Program-made: the position numbers and the translations under genes
Source: a virus
Direction: 5' to 3' (one strand)
Length of the DNA: 64,000 bases
Virus record (IMG/VR): IMGVR_UViG_3300046684_000205
Span: 1-64,000 of that record
In this document: positions 52,642 to 61,408 of the stretch, one piece after another
Numbering within the stretch: the stretch's first letter is position 1
Layout: each line of letters starts with the position of its first letter
Notes under the pieces: generated by a model
What the model was told of the DNA's origin: nothing
The model's input: the letters and a program-made list of their open reading frames with translations, nothing else
The model's database searches: none

Positions 52642-54834
52642 ATGCTCAAAAAGATCCGCCTCCAGAATTTCCGCCAGCACCTCGACCGCGCTTTCGACTT
52701 CGGCCCGGGCCTGAACGCCATCCGTGGCGAGAACGAAGCCGGCAAGACGACCGTGCTCGAAGCCTTCTTCTACTTCTGCTTCGGCGCGCGCGCCCTGCGC
52801 GAGTCGCTCGACGACGTCGTCACCTACCACCAGCCGGTGTCCAGGCTGCGCGTCGACTGCGAGATTGAACACCTTGGCGTCACCTACAGCGGCTACCGCG
52901 GCAAGTCCGGCGCCGAGGTCAACTTCGGCCGCGAGAAGATCACCGGCCAGAACGAGGTCACCGCTTTCTTCGAGCGCCTGTTCGGCGCCGACGCCAAGCT
53001 GGCCGGCAAGCTGATGTTCGCCTCGCAGAAGTCGCTGGCCGAGTCGCTCAAGGAAGGGCCGACCGCCGCCGGCAAGATGATCGAGGATCTGGCCAACTTC
53101 GATCTGATCGACCGGGTTGCCGAGGCGATCTCCACCCAGCGCACCACCGGCAAGACCGATGGCGTCGAGGCGCGCATCGCCCAGCTGCGCCAACAGGAAA
53201 GCGAGGGCCAGACCCCCGAAGACCTTGGGACGCTGCGCGTCGAGGTCACAAATGCCGCCGAAATGGTGACGGGCGCCGGCATGGAGCTCGACGAGCTGCA
53301 GCGGCAGCGCGATCAGCTCGACGTCGACCAGGCGCGCCAGGTCATCGCCAGCGAGGCGGCGCTGTCGCGCACGATCGAGAAGGCGACCTTCGATATCGAT
53401 GCGCTCGACCGCGATCTGGGCCGGCCTGCGGTGCTGCCGCCTGAGGAGGGCGCCATCGAAAAGGCGCGCGCGGCGGTGGAAGCCGGCAAGCGGCAGGCGC
53501 AGGCCGCAAAGCTGCACGCCGAGCTGCTGGGTATCGAAACGATCGGGCTGTGGGATCAGGATCTGGCGTCGCTGGAGGCTGAGATCGCGAAGACGCAGGC
53601 TGCGGTTGAGCGTGAATCGAAGACACGCGCCAGTATCGCACAGGCCATGGCAGACCTCGAGCGCGAACACGCCGAGCGCGTGCGCGCCAGCGATGTCAGG
53701 GTCGCCCAGCTGGAAGGCCGACTGATCAGGGAGACCACCTGCGCGCTGTGCCAGAAGGATCTGACCGAAGTGCCAGAGGTGGTGCGCGCCAACAGCGACC
53801 TGCAGCGCCAGATCGACGAAGTGAAGCTGGCGGCCGTCCAGGCCGGCAATGAGTCACGTATCCGCAAGCTCGAACTGGACGCAGACCTTGTAGCTTCCCA
53901 GGTCGACCTCGACACACAGCTCGAATACCTGGCGCAGCTGAACGACGTGGTCCGGACCAACGCCAAGGTCGAGCAGCTGTATGCGCGCGCAGCCGACTTC
54001 ATCGAGGTCGACCGCAGCGTGGTGCCGGGCCAGTGGAAGTGGACCGGCCCGGCGCTGGAACACGTGCCGGCCGACCTGGCCAACCAGCTGGCGCACCTTG
54101 AGCGCCTGAGTCATGACGCAGCGGCGGACAAGGCGCGCCGCGAGGAGAGGGCCGCCCAGCGCGACAAGGTGGTGCTGGAGCGCCGCGACGCGATTGCGGC
54201 GCGCAACGGGCTGCCGCTGAAGGATGCGAGGGAAACGCTGGAGGATGCTGCGGATCTCGACGTTATCATCAAGGACCGGCAGCTGAAGCTGCAGGCGCTG
54301 CAGCAAACTCTGCAGGACCGCCAGATCTCCCTCGCCACTAAGGAAGCACTGGCCGTCCAGCAGCAGCGCCAGCTGGAGCTGACGCGTCAGCAGCTGGCCG
54401 CCGCCGAGGCCGAGCTGGTCGAGATGCAGAAATACAATTTGCTGATCAGGAAGGTGCGCGCGGCGCGCCCGGCCATCACGAACAAGTTGTGGAACATCGT
54501 GCTGGGCGGCGTTTCGAAACACTTCAGCGAGGTGCGCGGTACCGAGTCGCGTATCACCCGCGCCGACGGCATCTTCAAATGCAACGGCTGGCCGGTCTCG
54601 GGCCTGTCCGGCTCGGCCGAGGACATGCTGGGCCTGGCGATGCGCATCACGCTCACGCGCACTTTCCTGCCAGGCATCGACATGCTGCAGCTGGATGAGC
54701 CGGGCGCAGCATGTTCCGATGCGCGCGAGACCGCCATGCTGGGCATGCTCTCGACTCTCAATTTCGGCCAGATCATCATGATCAGCCACAACGACCTGGT
54801 CGACGCTGTCGCCGACCGCATCATCACCGTTTAA
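52642..54834 (+). CDS. SbcC/Rad50-like ATPase
   Basis: GENEAGKTT, coiled coil with CALC hook, LSGS, LDEP, ISH. Confidence 0.92.
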   Translation: MLKKIRLQNFRQHLDRAFDFGPGLNAIRGENEAGKTTVLEAFFYFCFGARALRESLDDVVTYHQPVSRLRVDCEIEHLGVTYSGYRGKSGAEVNFGREKITGQNEVTAFFERLFGADAKLAGKLMFASQKSLAESLKEGPTAAGKMIEDLANFDLIDRVAEAISTQRTTGKTDGVEARIAQLRQQESEGQTPEDLGTLRVEVTNAAEMVTGAGMELDELQRQRDQLDVDQARQVIASEAALSRTIEKATFDIDALDRDLGRPAVLPPEEGAIEKARAAVEAGKRQAQAAKLHAELLGIETIGLWDQDLASLEAEIAKTQAAVERESKTRASIAQAMADLEREHAERVRASDVRVAQLEGRLIRETTCALCQKDLTEVPEVVRANSDLQRQIDEVKLAAVQAGNESRIRKLELDADLVASQVDLDTQLEYLAQLNDVVRTNAKVEQLYARAADFIEVDRSVVPGQWKWTGPALEHVPADLANQLAHLERLSHDAAADKARREERAAQRDKVVLERRDAIAARNGLPLKDARETLEDAADLDVIIKDRQLKLQALQQTLQDRQISLATKEALAVQQQRQLELTRQQLAAAEAELVEMQKYNLLIRKVRAARPAITNKLWNIVLGGVSKHFSEVRGTESRITRADGIFKCNGWPVSGLSGSAEDMLGLAMRITLTRTFLPGIDMLQLDEPGAACSDARETAMLGMLSTLNFGQIIMISHNDLVDAVADRIITV

Positions 54835-54844
54835 GGAGAAGTAC

Positions 54845-55102
54845 ATGGACATCGTCCGACACCCCAAAACCAACCACGACTTCGGCGCGCCGGCCGACAT
54901 GCAGGATGGCAGCTGCGAGAGCCTGCCGGTCGTGCTGGTGACGAACGAGTACGGCCACTGGGCCTGCTCCTACTGGAAGCCCAGCGGCCAGGAGCTGGAA
55001 GCCCTGGCCGCTGGCGGCGCCATCCAGCTGGGTGTGCGCCTCGTGGATGATGGTGACAGCCACCCGGTCGTCTCGATGTGCGCCACCAAGGAGGTCCTGT
55101 GA
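54845..55102 (+). CDS. Conserved phage hypothetical protein (APADM...C.SLPV...SYWKPS..EL)
   Basis: AAGGAG RBS. Confidence 0.75.
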   Translation: MDIVRHPKTNHDFGAPADMQDGSCESLPVVLVTNEYGHWACSYWKPSGQELEALAAGGAIQLGVRLVDDGDSHPVVSMCATKEVL

Positions 55103-55314
55103 GCGAACCCATCAACCGTGACGGCTGGATCGAGCTGGACGCCTTCTGCGCCAAGTACGGCGAACGCAAGAACACGGTCCACAAGCGTGTGACCGACGGC
55201 ACCTGGCCGCGCGGCGAGCTCTACTCGTCGCCGTCCGGCGGCACCGGCTTCGTGCACGAGGCGCGCGCGGTGGCGTGGCTGAGGGAGAACGGCAAGCTGC
55301 GGGTGGAAGCGTGA
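55099..55314 (+). CDS. Excisionase-like winged-helix protein
   Basis: WIELDAFCAKYGE..NTV.KRV.DG.W..G...; size and motif fit. Confidence 0.65.
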   Translation: MSEPINRDGWIELDAFCAKYGERKNTVHKRVTDGTWPRGELYSSPSGGTGFVHEARAVAWLRENGKLRVEA

Positions 55315-55496
55315 GCGCCGACCGTCCGGCCTTGCCTTCTTGCGGAGGCATGGGCGGCCGCAGCCCCAGAACCGGCAAGGAGGTCGGCAGCCGTCACAGC
55401 TGGCCTGATGGGTGGGGACAGGGCCAATGCCGGTTCTGCCACAAATCCCTAGACAGCTTGCAGGCGACGGCCAAACAACTTGCGAAGGTGAAGTAA
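55311..55496 (+). CDS. Small Cys/His protein
   Basis: GTGA-coupled; CRFC. Confidence 0.5.
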   Translation: MSADRPALPSCGGMGGRSPRTGKEVGSRHSWPDGWGQGQCRFCHKSLDSLQATAKQLAKVK

Positions 55497-55497
55497 C

Positions 55498-55530
55498 AAT
55501 ACGCCGGCGATCAGCCGGCGTATTTTTCTT
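55498..55530. terminator. Terminator at the convergence of early and late arms
   Basis: AATACGCCGGC-GATCA-GCCGGCGTATT followed by a T run; overlaps the stop of the minus-strand gene. Confidence 0.8.
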
Positions 55531-56275
55531 TGACCTCGGCGAGCGGGATGAACTGCTCGTCGAAGCACCCATCCTCGACGTTCTTCAGATAGACCACACC
55601 GTGCCAGTGCTGGTTGCCCTGCGGGCCAAGGTATCCCTCTTCGTGCTCGTAGGCGCTCCCCGCGATGATCGAGGTGACACGCCGGCCGTCAGCGCGGTAG
55701 GCGAAAGCGATCTGGCGCCCCTGCTGGTGGCCGGCGACACAGCTTTGATGCTTTTTGTTCAACTGGGCCTGCGCGCTCGACGCCGGCCGGCCCATCACAC
55801 CAGTCTGAAAATAGTGGCAGAACGCCACCCCCTCGATGACGACCACCTCGAGAAACTTGTGCACCTCCCAGCCGTACTTCTCGTAAGCCAGATCCTCCAG
55901 CCCGATCGCGCCGGCCAGCATCGGCTCCTCGTTGATCGTGCGTAGGATCCGCTCTTCGTGGTTGCCCGTCGTGAGCACCATGCGCGGGCGGTAGATTCCG
56001 TGCTTGCTGGCGTGGCGACGTAAGTTGTATTCTCGCAGCGGACCTAGCAGGGCCTCCATGCCGGCGTGCGCGGCCTCGATGTCAGCCCGGTACCGGCGCC
56101 CTTCGAACGACTTCTTGCCCTTGTCGTACGAGCTTAAACTCGGCATGTCGGCGAAATCCCCGATATGCACAACAACGTCGGGCTTCTCGGCCACGATCAT
56201 GCGGCCGATGCAGCGCAGGAATTCAAGGTCATCACCGGGCCGTACCTGGGAATCAGGAATCATCAGTATGTTCAT
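55511..56275 (-). CDS. Calcineurin-like metallophosphoesterase
   Basis: IPDSQ, HIGDFAD, GNHE, CHY, GHQQ. Confidence 0.9.
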   Translation of the reverse strand: MNILMIPDSQVRPGDDLEFLRCIGRMIVAEKPDVVVHIGDFADMPSLSSYDKGKKSFEGRRYRADIEAAHAGMEALLGPLREYNLRRHASKHGIYRPRMVLTTGNHEERILRTINEEPMLAGAIGLEDLAYEKYGWEVHKFLEVVVIEGVAFCHYFQTGVMGRPASSAQAQLNKKHQSCVAGHQQGRQIAFAYRADGRRVTSIIAGSAYEHEEGYLGPQGNQHWHGVVYLKNVEDGCFDEQFIPLAEVKEKYAG

Positions 56276-56331
56276 CGGGTTCCTGCGAATCAGGGATGAT
56301 GGCGCGTCCGTCGATCACGGAGCAGATGGGA

Positions 56332-56362
56332 ATGCTGACGGGGCGTAGCGCCCCGTCAGCAT
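56332..56362. repeat. Perfect 14-bp inverted repeat with a 3-nt loop
   Basis: ATGCTGACGGGGCG-TAG-CGCCCCGTCAGCAT. Confidence 0.85.
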
Positions 56363-56373
56363 CAGGACGCAGC

Positions 56374-56913
56374 TTAATGACGTTCAGCTCCGTCATCGGG
56401 GTGGTACCAGTCGCCGGCACGGCCGTTGAAGGTCACTTGCTGGCGGGCGTAGAAGTCACGCCAGCCGAGGGCCTGCTCGCGCCAGACACGGCAGCTGGCG
56501 GCATTGCTGAGCTCGATGGCTGCGAGCTCGGAAAAGCGTACGGCGCTGGGTCCTGCGTCAGCGTCGCTGGCGGGTCCAGCAGCGGCACCTGACCAGCCGG
56601 CACTGGCGAGGCGCAGGAAGCCAGCAGGAATAGCAAAGTGCTCATCCACAGAAGGTGGCACGACACTTGGGACGAGGGACTCAAGGTTCTTCTCCTGGAC
56701 GTAGATTTTCTGGATGCGGTCCTTGTAGACGGTCTCGACTTTCGTGACCGTCTTGACCTGGGTCTTGACCAGCGTGATGACCTTCTCGACCGCCTGGTCC
56801 TGCGCATGGTGCGCTTCCTGCAGGCGGCCGGTGCCGTAGCTGGCGACTGCCAGCGCGATGATCGCGGCCCAGCGGGCCCAGGGCGGCACGATGACATCGG
56901 TCAGGATGCTCAC
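56374..56913 (-). CDS. Inner-membrane spanin (Rz-like)
   Basis: GTGA overlap with the endolysin stop; N-terminal TM followed by helical region. Confidence 0.75.
   Translation of the reverse strand: MSILTDVIVPPWARWAAIIALAVASYGTGRLQEAHHAQDQAVEKVITLVKTQVKTVTKVETVYKDRIQKIYVQEKNLESLVPSVVPPSVDEHFAIPAGFLRLASAGWSGAAAGPASDADAGPSAVRFSELAAIELSNAASCRVWREQALGWRDFYARQQVTFNGRAGDWYHPDDGAERH
56433..56684 (-). CDS. Embedded outer-membrane spanin lipoprotein (Rz1-like)
   Basis: AGGAG 7 nt before TTG; lipobox LLASC; Pro-rich mature part; nested in Rz. Confidence 0.7.
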   Translation of the reverse strand: MSPSSQVSCHLLWMSTLLFLLASCASPVPAGQVPLLDPPATLTQDPAPYAFPSSQPSSSAMPPAAVSGASRPSAGVTSTPASK

Positions 56914-57533
56914 AGGACCTCCATCAACAGGTCGAACAGGTCTTTGCAATCGTCAAGACCGATGCTGCCGCCGTTGACTGCGCAGCGCACGCCCGCAAGG
57001 TTGTTGCAGGCCGCGAACTTCTTGCAGCCGTGCGTGATCCAGAACCAGCCGAAGGCAGCGGTGCCGATCTGAATCGTTGCGACCTGATCAGGCGAGGCGA
57101 GCAAGTTCAGGCCCAGTGCGGCGCCGCACTTCTGATAATTTTCCCTGCCGGTCAGCTGGCCCGGGCCGCGGCCGCGATGGCGCCAGCCGTCGCCGCTCTC
57201 GACCGAGCCATTGCCCATCCGATTGGCATAGGCGACGTTGGCGATCATCTGCTGGTTCGCCGGGCGTGTGGGCGTGCGGCCGTACATCTCCGCAAGCTCC
57301 CGCGTGAAGCGCTTCGGCCAGATCAGCTGCAGGGCTTCGACCGAGTAGTTCAGGTTCTCGGTCATCTTCATGAAGCCCTGCGACTCGTGCAGGCACTGCA
57401 CAGCAAAGTGCGCCTGCTCGATGGTGGTGCTGATGTCGAAGCGGGCGCAGGTGGCGTTGATGGCAACGGCCGCGTCATGCGCGATCGCGATCGGCATGCG
57501 GGGCACCGCGTGGCGCAGTTGGTCAGGTGTCAT
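56910..57533 (-). CDS. Glycoside hydrolase family 19 endolysin
   Basis: HES, ENLNYS, GDGWRHRGRG..QLTGRENY, VNGG. Confidence 0.92.
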   Translation of the reverse strand: MTPDQLRHAVPRMPIAIAHDAAVAINATCARFDISTTIEQAHFAVQCLHESQGFMKMTENLNYSVEALQLIWPKRFTRELAEMYGRTPTRPANQQMIANVAYANRMGNGSVESGDGWRHRGRGPGQLTGRENYQKCGAALGLNLLASPDQVATIQIGTAAFGWFWITHGCKKFAACNNLAGVRCAVNGGSIGLDDCKDLFDLLMEVL

Positions 57534-57777
57534 TTGCAGCTTTCACTGCCCGGAAGGAAATCGCCAGGCGCAGGACCATGCCGGCGACGACGACGGCGCC
57601 GCCCATGAATTTGTAGACGTTGTCAGGGAGGTAAGGCTGCAGGGCCGGCAGGCTGTTGGTCAGCTCGGACTGGATCTCCCTGGCCCAGGGCAGCGCCGCG
57701 AGCAGCGCGAAGCTGACGTAGGTGCGCCACCTCTTCAGCTCGACGCAGACAGCTGCTTTCAGGTGCTGGAGTGTCAT
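57523..57777 (-). CDS. Holin-like 2-TM protein
   Basis: Directly upstream of the endolysin; two hydrophobic helices. Confidence 0.7.
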   Translation of the reverse strand: MTLQHLKAAVCVELKRWRTYVSFALLAALPWAREIQSELTNSLPALQPYLPDNVYKFMGGAVVVAGMVLRLAISFRAVKAANDT

Positions 57778-58004
57778 TTCGGGTCCTTCCGTACACGCCA
57801 GCGCGCCAGCAGTTTCTGGACGGTCTGCGTCTCGTACAGCCGGATGCAGGACCAGATGAAGGTGACCAGCATCGTCATCTGCGGCAGCCAGCCGAAGAAT
57901 GCCGCCACGGACATGACGAATACGGAATTGTCGATTTCGCGGTTGTGCGGTTCGAGTACAGCGCGCAGATGGGTCCAGTGGAGCTTGGCTTCGGCCAGGG
58001 TCAT
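57774..58004 (-). CDS. Holin-like protein
   Basis: FFGWLP.MTMLVTFIWSCIRLYETQTVQKL. Confidence 0.7.
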   Translation of the reverse strand: MTLAEAKLHWTHLRAVLEPHNREIDNSVFVMSVAAFFGWLPQMTMLVTFIWSCIRLYETQTVQKLLARWRVRKDPK

Positions 58005-58096
58005 TCGCATGCCTCGTATTCGTTGTCAGATAGCTCAGAAACGAGGTCTCCGAGGAAAACCAGGAGGCTGCAGGCAATCGCCAGAATTCGGTACAT
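58001..58096 (-). CDS. 31-aa lysis-operon leader peptide (not in ORF track)
   Basis: GGAGG RBS; MYRILAIACSLLVFLGDLVSELSDNEYEACE; ATGA-coupled to the holin. Confidence 0.55.
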   Translation of the reverse strand: MYRILAIACSLLVFLGDLVSELSDNEYEACE

Positions 58097-58172
58097 TGAC
58101 GCACCTCCATAGTTGATCACAGGAATTTTAGAGCTTGCTGTTCCGCTAGTCCAGCAATAATTGTGCCAGTGG

Positions 58173-58709
58173 TCAATATCCTACACGCAACTTTGGAGGG
58201 CCGAGCTCCTCTACCAGCTCGCCTGGCGACAGCATGCGGTTGTGATCCTCCCACGCTGCCGGCACGTTCAAGCCGGCAGCCTGCATCAGGTCGACCGCCA
58301 TCTCAAAAATCGTCACCGATCCGCCGGAACAAACGACGACCTGGCGCCAGTGGATGAAAGTCCTCAGGCCTAGCCAGCAGCGCAGGCCGATTACGAGGAA
58401 AGCGATGGCGCCGTAGCTGATTGGCGTGGCCAACCAGTCGAAGAGGGCGCGCCGGATGAAGCTGCGTTCGACGCCTGGCGGCGGGTCGCACACATCAAAC
58501 TGCCCGATGCAGGACAGGGCCGTCAGATGATTGCGCCCGGAGTTGAGATCACCCATGAATAGGCGGCCGTCAAGCCACACGGCTACCCCGGTGTGCGTAT
58601 AAGGCTTTCGCGTAAAAAACGTCGTGGCCCTGCCCAGTAGGCCGTGGACATCGCGGACCCCGATAAGGTCTCCGTCCTGAATCGATTCGCGGGCAAGTGC
58701 GTAGTCCAT
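58173..58709 (-). CDS. Permuted papain-like (YiiX/NlpC-P60-related) protein
   Basis: GDLIGV, YTHTGV, SYG, VVCS, LSPGEL; His precedes Cys. Confidence 0.7.
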   Translation of the reverse strand: MDYALARESIQDGDLIGVRDVHGLLGRATTFFTRKPYTHTGVAVWLDGRLFMGDLNSGRNHLTALSCIGQFDVCDPPPGVERSFIRRALFDWLATPISYGAIAFLVIGLRCWLGLRTFIHWRQVVVCSGGSVTIFEMAVDLMQAAGLNVPAAWEDHNRMLSPGELVEELGPPKLRVGY

Positions 58710-58809
58710 AGGGTCCCTGTACTGCAGCAGTTCTTGGCGGAAAGTTTCCACCAGAAAATACCACATGCGTCAAGGATTTCCTATGGCACTTCTGCTAGGT
58801 TGCGAAACG

Positions 58810-59463
58810 CTACAATCCCAGGGTTGCGCGCGTGTCTGCGATGAATGCATCCCAATTGGCGATGGCGCTGGCAAGTTGCGCGGGTGTCGCCGCCGCGCGC
58901 ATCGCTGCTTGGCTGGCGAAGCGTTGACTACGCATCGTCTTCTTTGCGACCTTGAAAGCATCGGCGCGCGCGATGATCCCATCTGCCGCCCAGGCATTGG
59001 TTTGCGCCGCGCCAGTCGGGTTGTGCTGCGCGTACGATGACACATCGCCGTCTACCTCGCCTTCGTAGCCAGCGGCGACGAAGGCGCGCGCCGCGGCCTC
59101 GGCGTCACGGTACTCCTCGGTGCGCTCGCCGACGGCGTCGCGGGTGACGGCGTCGACATCCGGGTAGCACCTGCGCACGGCCGCCTCGATGTCGGCCTGG
59201 AGCGATGCCGCCTCGGCCGCAAGTTGTTCGGCCGTCTTCTCGGAGATCCTCCAGTACGGCCGCCAGGTGCCGCTCGTCAGCTGGAACTCGACCAGGGTCG
59301 CAGTCTGCGTGCTGGTGATCGCTGGCGCCACCGGATCAGCGACCTCGATAATGTCGCAGGCGGTGCGCTGTTCGGCGTCGAAGAACCAGCCGGGCGGATA
59401 CTGCACGTCGCCCACCAGCTGCGGCAGAGTAATGTCGAAGGGCTGTCCGTTATGGATATACAT
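58810..59463 (-). CDS. Tail fibre-associated/assembly protein
   Basis: VGDVQYPPGW..., EYRDAEAAARAF; position after tail genes; start at 59463. Confidence 0.7.
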   Translation of the reverse strand: MYIHNGQPFDITLPQLVGDVQYPPGWFFDAEQRTACDIIEVADPVAPAITSTQTATLVEFQLTSGTWRPYWRISEKTAEQLAAEAASLQADIEAAVRRCYPDVDAVTRDAVGERTEEYRDAEAAARAFVAAGYEGEVDGDVSSYAQHNPTGAAQTNAWAADGIIARADAFKVAKKTMRSQRFASQAAMRAAATPAQLASAIANWDAFIADTRATLGL

Positions 59464-59471
59464 GCTGGTCC

Positions 59472-60530
59472 TCAGAAAAATGGCATGAAGCGGGAGGTCT
59501 GGGCGACTAGGGTGATGCCGGTGCCGCCGCCGGTGAGCTTGGAGTTGGTGGCCCGGATTGCCGTCGCCGGACTGGTGGCGGCGTTGATGTAGTTGAAGTT
59601 GCAGAAGTTGGCGGCAATCGTGCCACCACCAGTCTTGGCCAGCGTTGCCGGTGTCGTGGTGATCGACTTGATGAGGTTGTGCTGCCCACTGCCGTCCATG
59701 ATCCAGCTCGTCGCCGCGTAGGTGACGCCAGTCGGGAAGATGGTCACTGCGGCGTTCTTGCCGCAATCGAAGGTGCCGAAGCTGGTTGCACCGCCGCCGA
59801 GCTGCAGCCCACCTGTCCCCTGCCCGTTACCGGTGTTGTTAATGATGCTCCACGAGGTGCCGGCAGCCAGACTCAGGGTCTTCACCGTAGCGCTCTGATC
59901 GGTAACGGTGACGGTGATCGTGCCCGGGGAATTGACGTTCGGAAGGTTGCTGTTGGCCGCTCCAGTGAGGACCAGGTTGAGGCTGCCACCTGTGAACAGG
60001 ACAACCATGGGCACGCCTGAGCCGTCGGTCCCGCTCAAGATGATGTAGCTGCAGGTGATAGTGGATCCAGGGGTGCTATACAGGTAGTGCTTGTCAGTCG
60101 TATCTATTATAGATATCTGCCCTGTAGTCGTGAGGTTACCCACGAGCTTCCAGTAGCACTCTATGCTCCACATATCCAGCCCCGAGCTGCCGATCACGCA
60201 CTGCGAGGCGTCGAGAGTGTATATGTTGCTGTTGTTGTCGTTGCCGCCATAGCCGGTGAGCTGGACACCTTTTGCTGTTCCCTTCAGGATGCAATCTCCC
60301 ATCAGCTTGAGCGTGGCGGCAAAGTCCATAGGGACGCTCATGATCACCTGGGCGGCGTAGCCAAATCCTCCGGTGATCGTACGCCTTGGCCCGGAGTTGC
60401 TATCGAAGATAGCCGTGCCTAGACTGATGTCACCGGGTTTCGCATTCGCGCTCGGCCCGCCCGACGTGAGCGACCACCCGGTGACGTCACCGAGATCCAT
60501 CAGATTGGGACGGGCGTAGTAGGTAGCCAT
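59472..60530 (-). CDS. Putative tail receptor-binding protein (beta-rich)
   Basis: Thr/Gly/Asn-rich; located in the tail module. Confidence 0.65.
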   Translation of the reverse strand: MATYYARPNLMDLGDVTGWSLTSGGPSANAKPGDISLGTAIFDSNSGPRRTITGGFGYAAQVIMSVPMDFAATLKLMGDCILKGTAKGVQLTGYGGNDNNSNIYTLDASQCVIGSSGLDMWSIECYWKLVGNLTTTGQISIIDTTDKHYLYSTPGSTITCSYIILSGTDGSGVPMVVLFTGGSLNLVLTGAANSNLPNVNSPGTITVTVTDQSATVKTLSLAAGTSWSIINNTGNGQGTGGLQLGGGATSFGTFDCGKNAAVTIFPTGVTYAATSWIMDGSGQHNLIKSITTTPATLAKTGGGTIAANFCNFNYINAATSPATAIRATNSKLTGGGTGITLVAQTSRFMPFF

Positions 60531-61408
60531 CAGATGTTACCCAAGGTCGAGACGAGGTCCCATTTGGCAGCGGCCGCATTGTAAATGAAGCCTACGTACA
60601 GGACCTTGCCGAGCACGGTCGTCGTCGGCAGGATCACGTCCGAGCCGGCGCGGTAGGCGGCGTTCCAGCTGAGCGCGCGAGCAGCGACACCGTCGTCCTT
60701 GATGCGGAACATCAGGCCCTGCCCGTCGGCGGCTGCAGCGCCGGAATTGGTCGGCGCGCCGACCACCGCGGCGCCGGCCAGTGCCGTGATTGCGTACAGA
60801 TCGGTCGTGCTGATGTCCGGCGCCGGGGCGGTATTCGACGCCACGGAGGTCGTGCGGCGCACGATCGTACCGGCCGGGCCGATCGAGCCGCGGTCACCGG
60901 TCCGGAAGAAGCGGAACAGCACGATGTCGTTATCCAGGAACGGCATGGCGTCGCTGTAGGCAGTCGGGATCACCGTCAGCTGCCGGTAGCCGGTCTGCGC
61001 GGTCAGCAGCGTCAGATTAAAGTTCATGAACTTTGTCGGGTCGTTCAGCTTAACCAGCCTGACCTGACCAAGGACGGCGCTGGATGACGCACTCATGGTG
61101 TCCAGCAGCGCGGTATAGTCCTTGGTGTCACTGCCCAGGACGTCAGTGTAGATCGTGGTCACCGTGCCGGCGGCGCCCGAGTTCAGGCGCAGGAAGCCCG
61201 GGCCCGGATCGCCAGCCGCGGTCGTGGTCGAGAACTTGAACGGGATGTCCATTGCGCCGCCGGACGCGATGGTCGACAGCGCCGACAGAAATGCCGTCAG
61301 CTCCACCGTCAGGTTGGGGAAGTAGGTAGCGAACATCGCCTCCAGATCAGCCTTGAACGTCGGGGCGAGCCGATCGAGGGGAGGGATAGGGGTAATAGCG
61401 GTGGTCAT
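60530..61408 (-). CDS. Tail protein
   Basis: FSTTTAAGDPGPGFLRLN; GQGLMFRIKDDG..RALSWNA...GFIYN...KWDLV. Confidence 0.75.
   Translation of the reverse strand: MTTAITPIPPLDRLAPTFKADLEAMFATYFPNLTVELTAFLSALSTIASGGAMDIPFKFSTTTAAGDPGPGFLRLNSGAAGTVTTIYTDVLGSDTKDYTALLDTMSASSSAVLGQVRLVKLNDPTKFMNFNLTLLTAQTGYRQLTVIPTAYSDAMPFLDNDIVLFRFFRTGDRGSIGPAGTIVRRTTSVASNTAPAPDISTTDLYAITALAGAAVVGAPTNSGAAAADGQGLMFRIKDDGVAARALSWNAAYRAGSDVILPTTTVLGKVLYVGFIYNAAAAKWDLVSTLGNI

Noticed and set aside
57523-58110. 195-aa ORF as a single holin
   Set aside because: The upstream part overlaps two better-supported coupled genes; the true start is probably 57777.
59472-60530. Diversity-generating retroelement target
   Set aside because: No reverse transcriptase or template repeat in the window, and the odd segment is not C-terminal.
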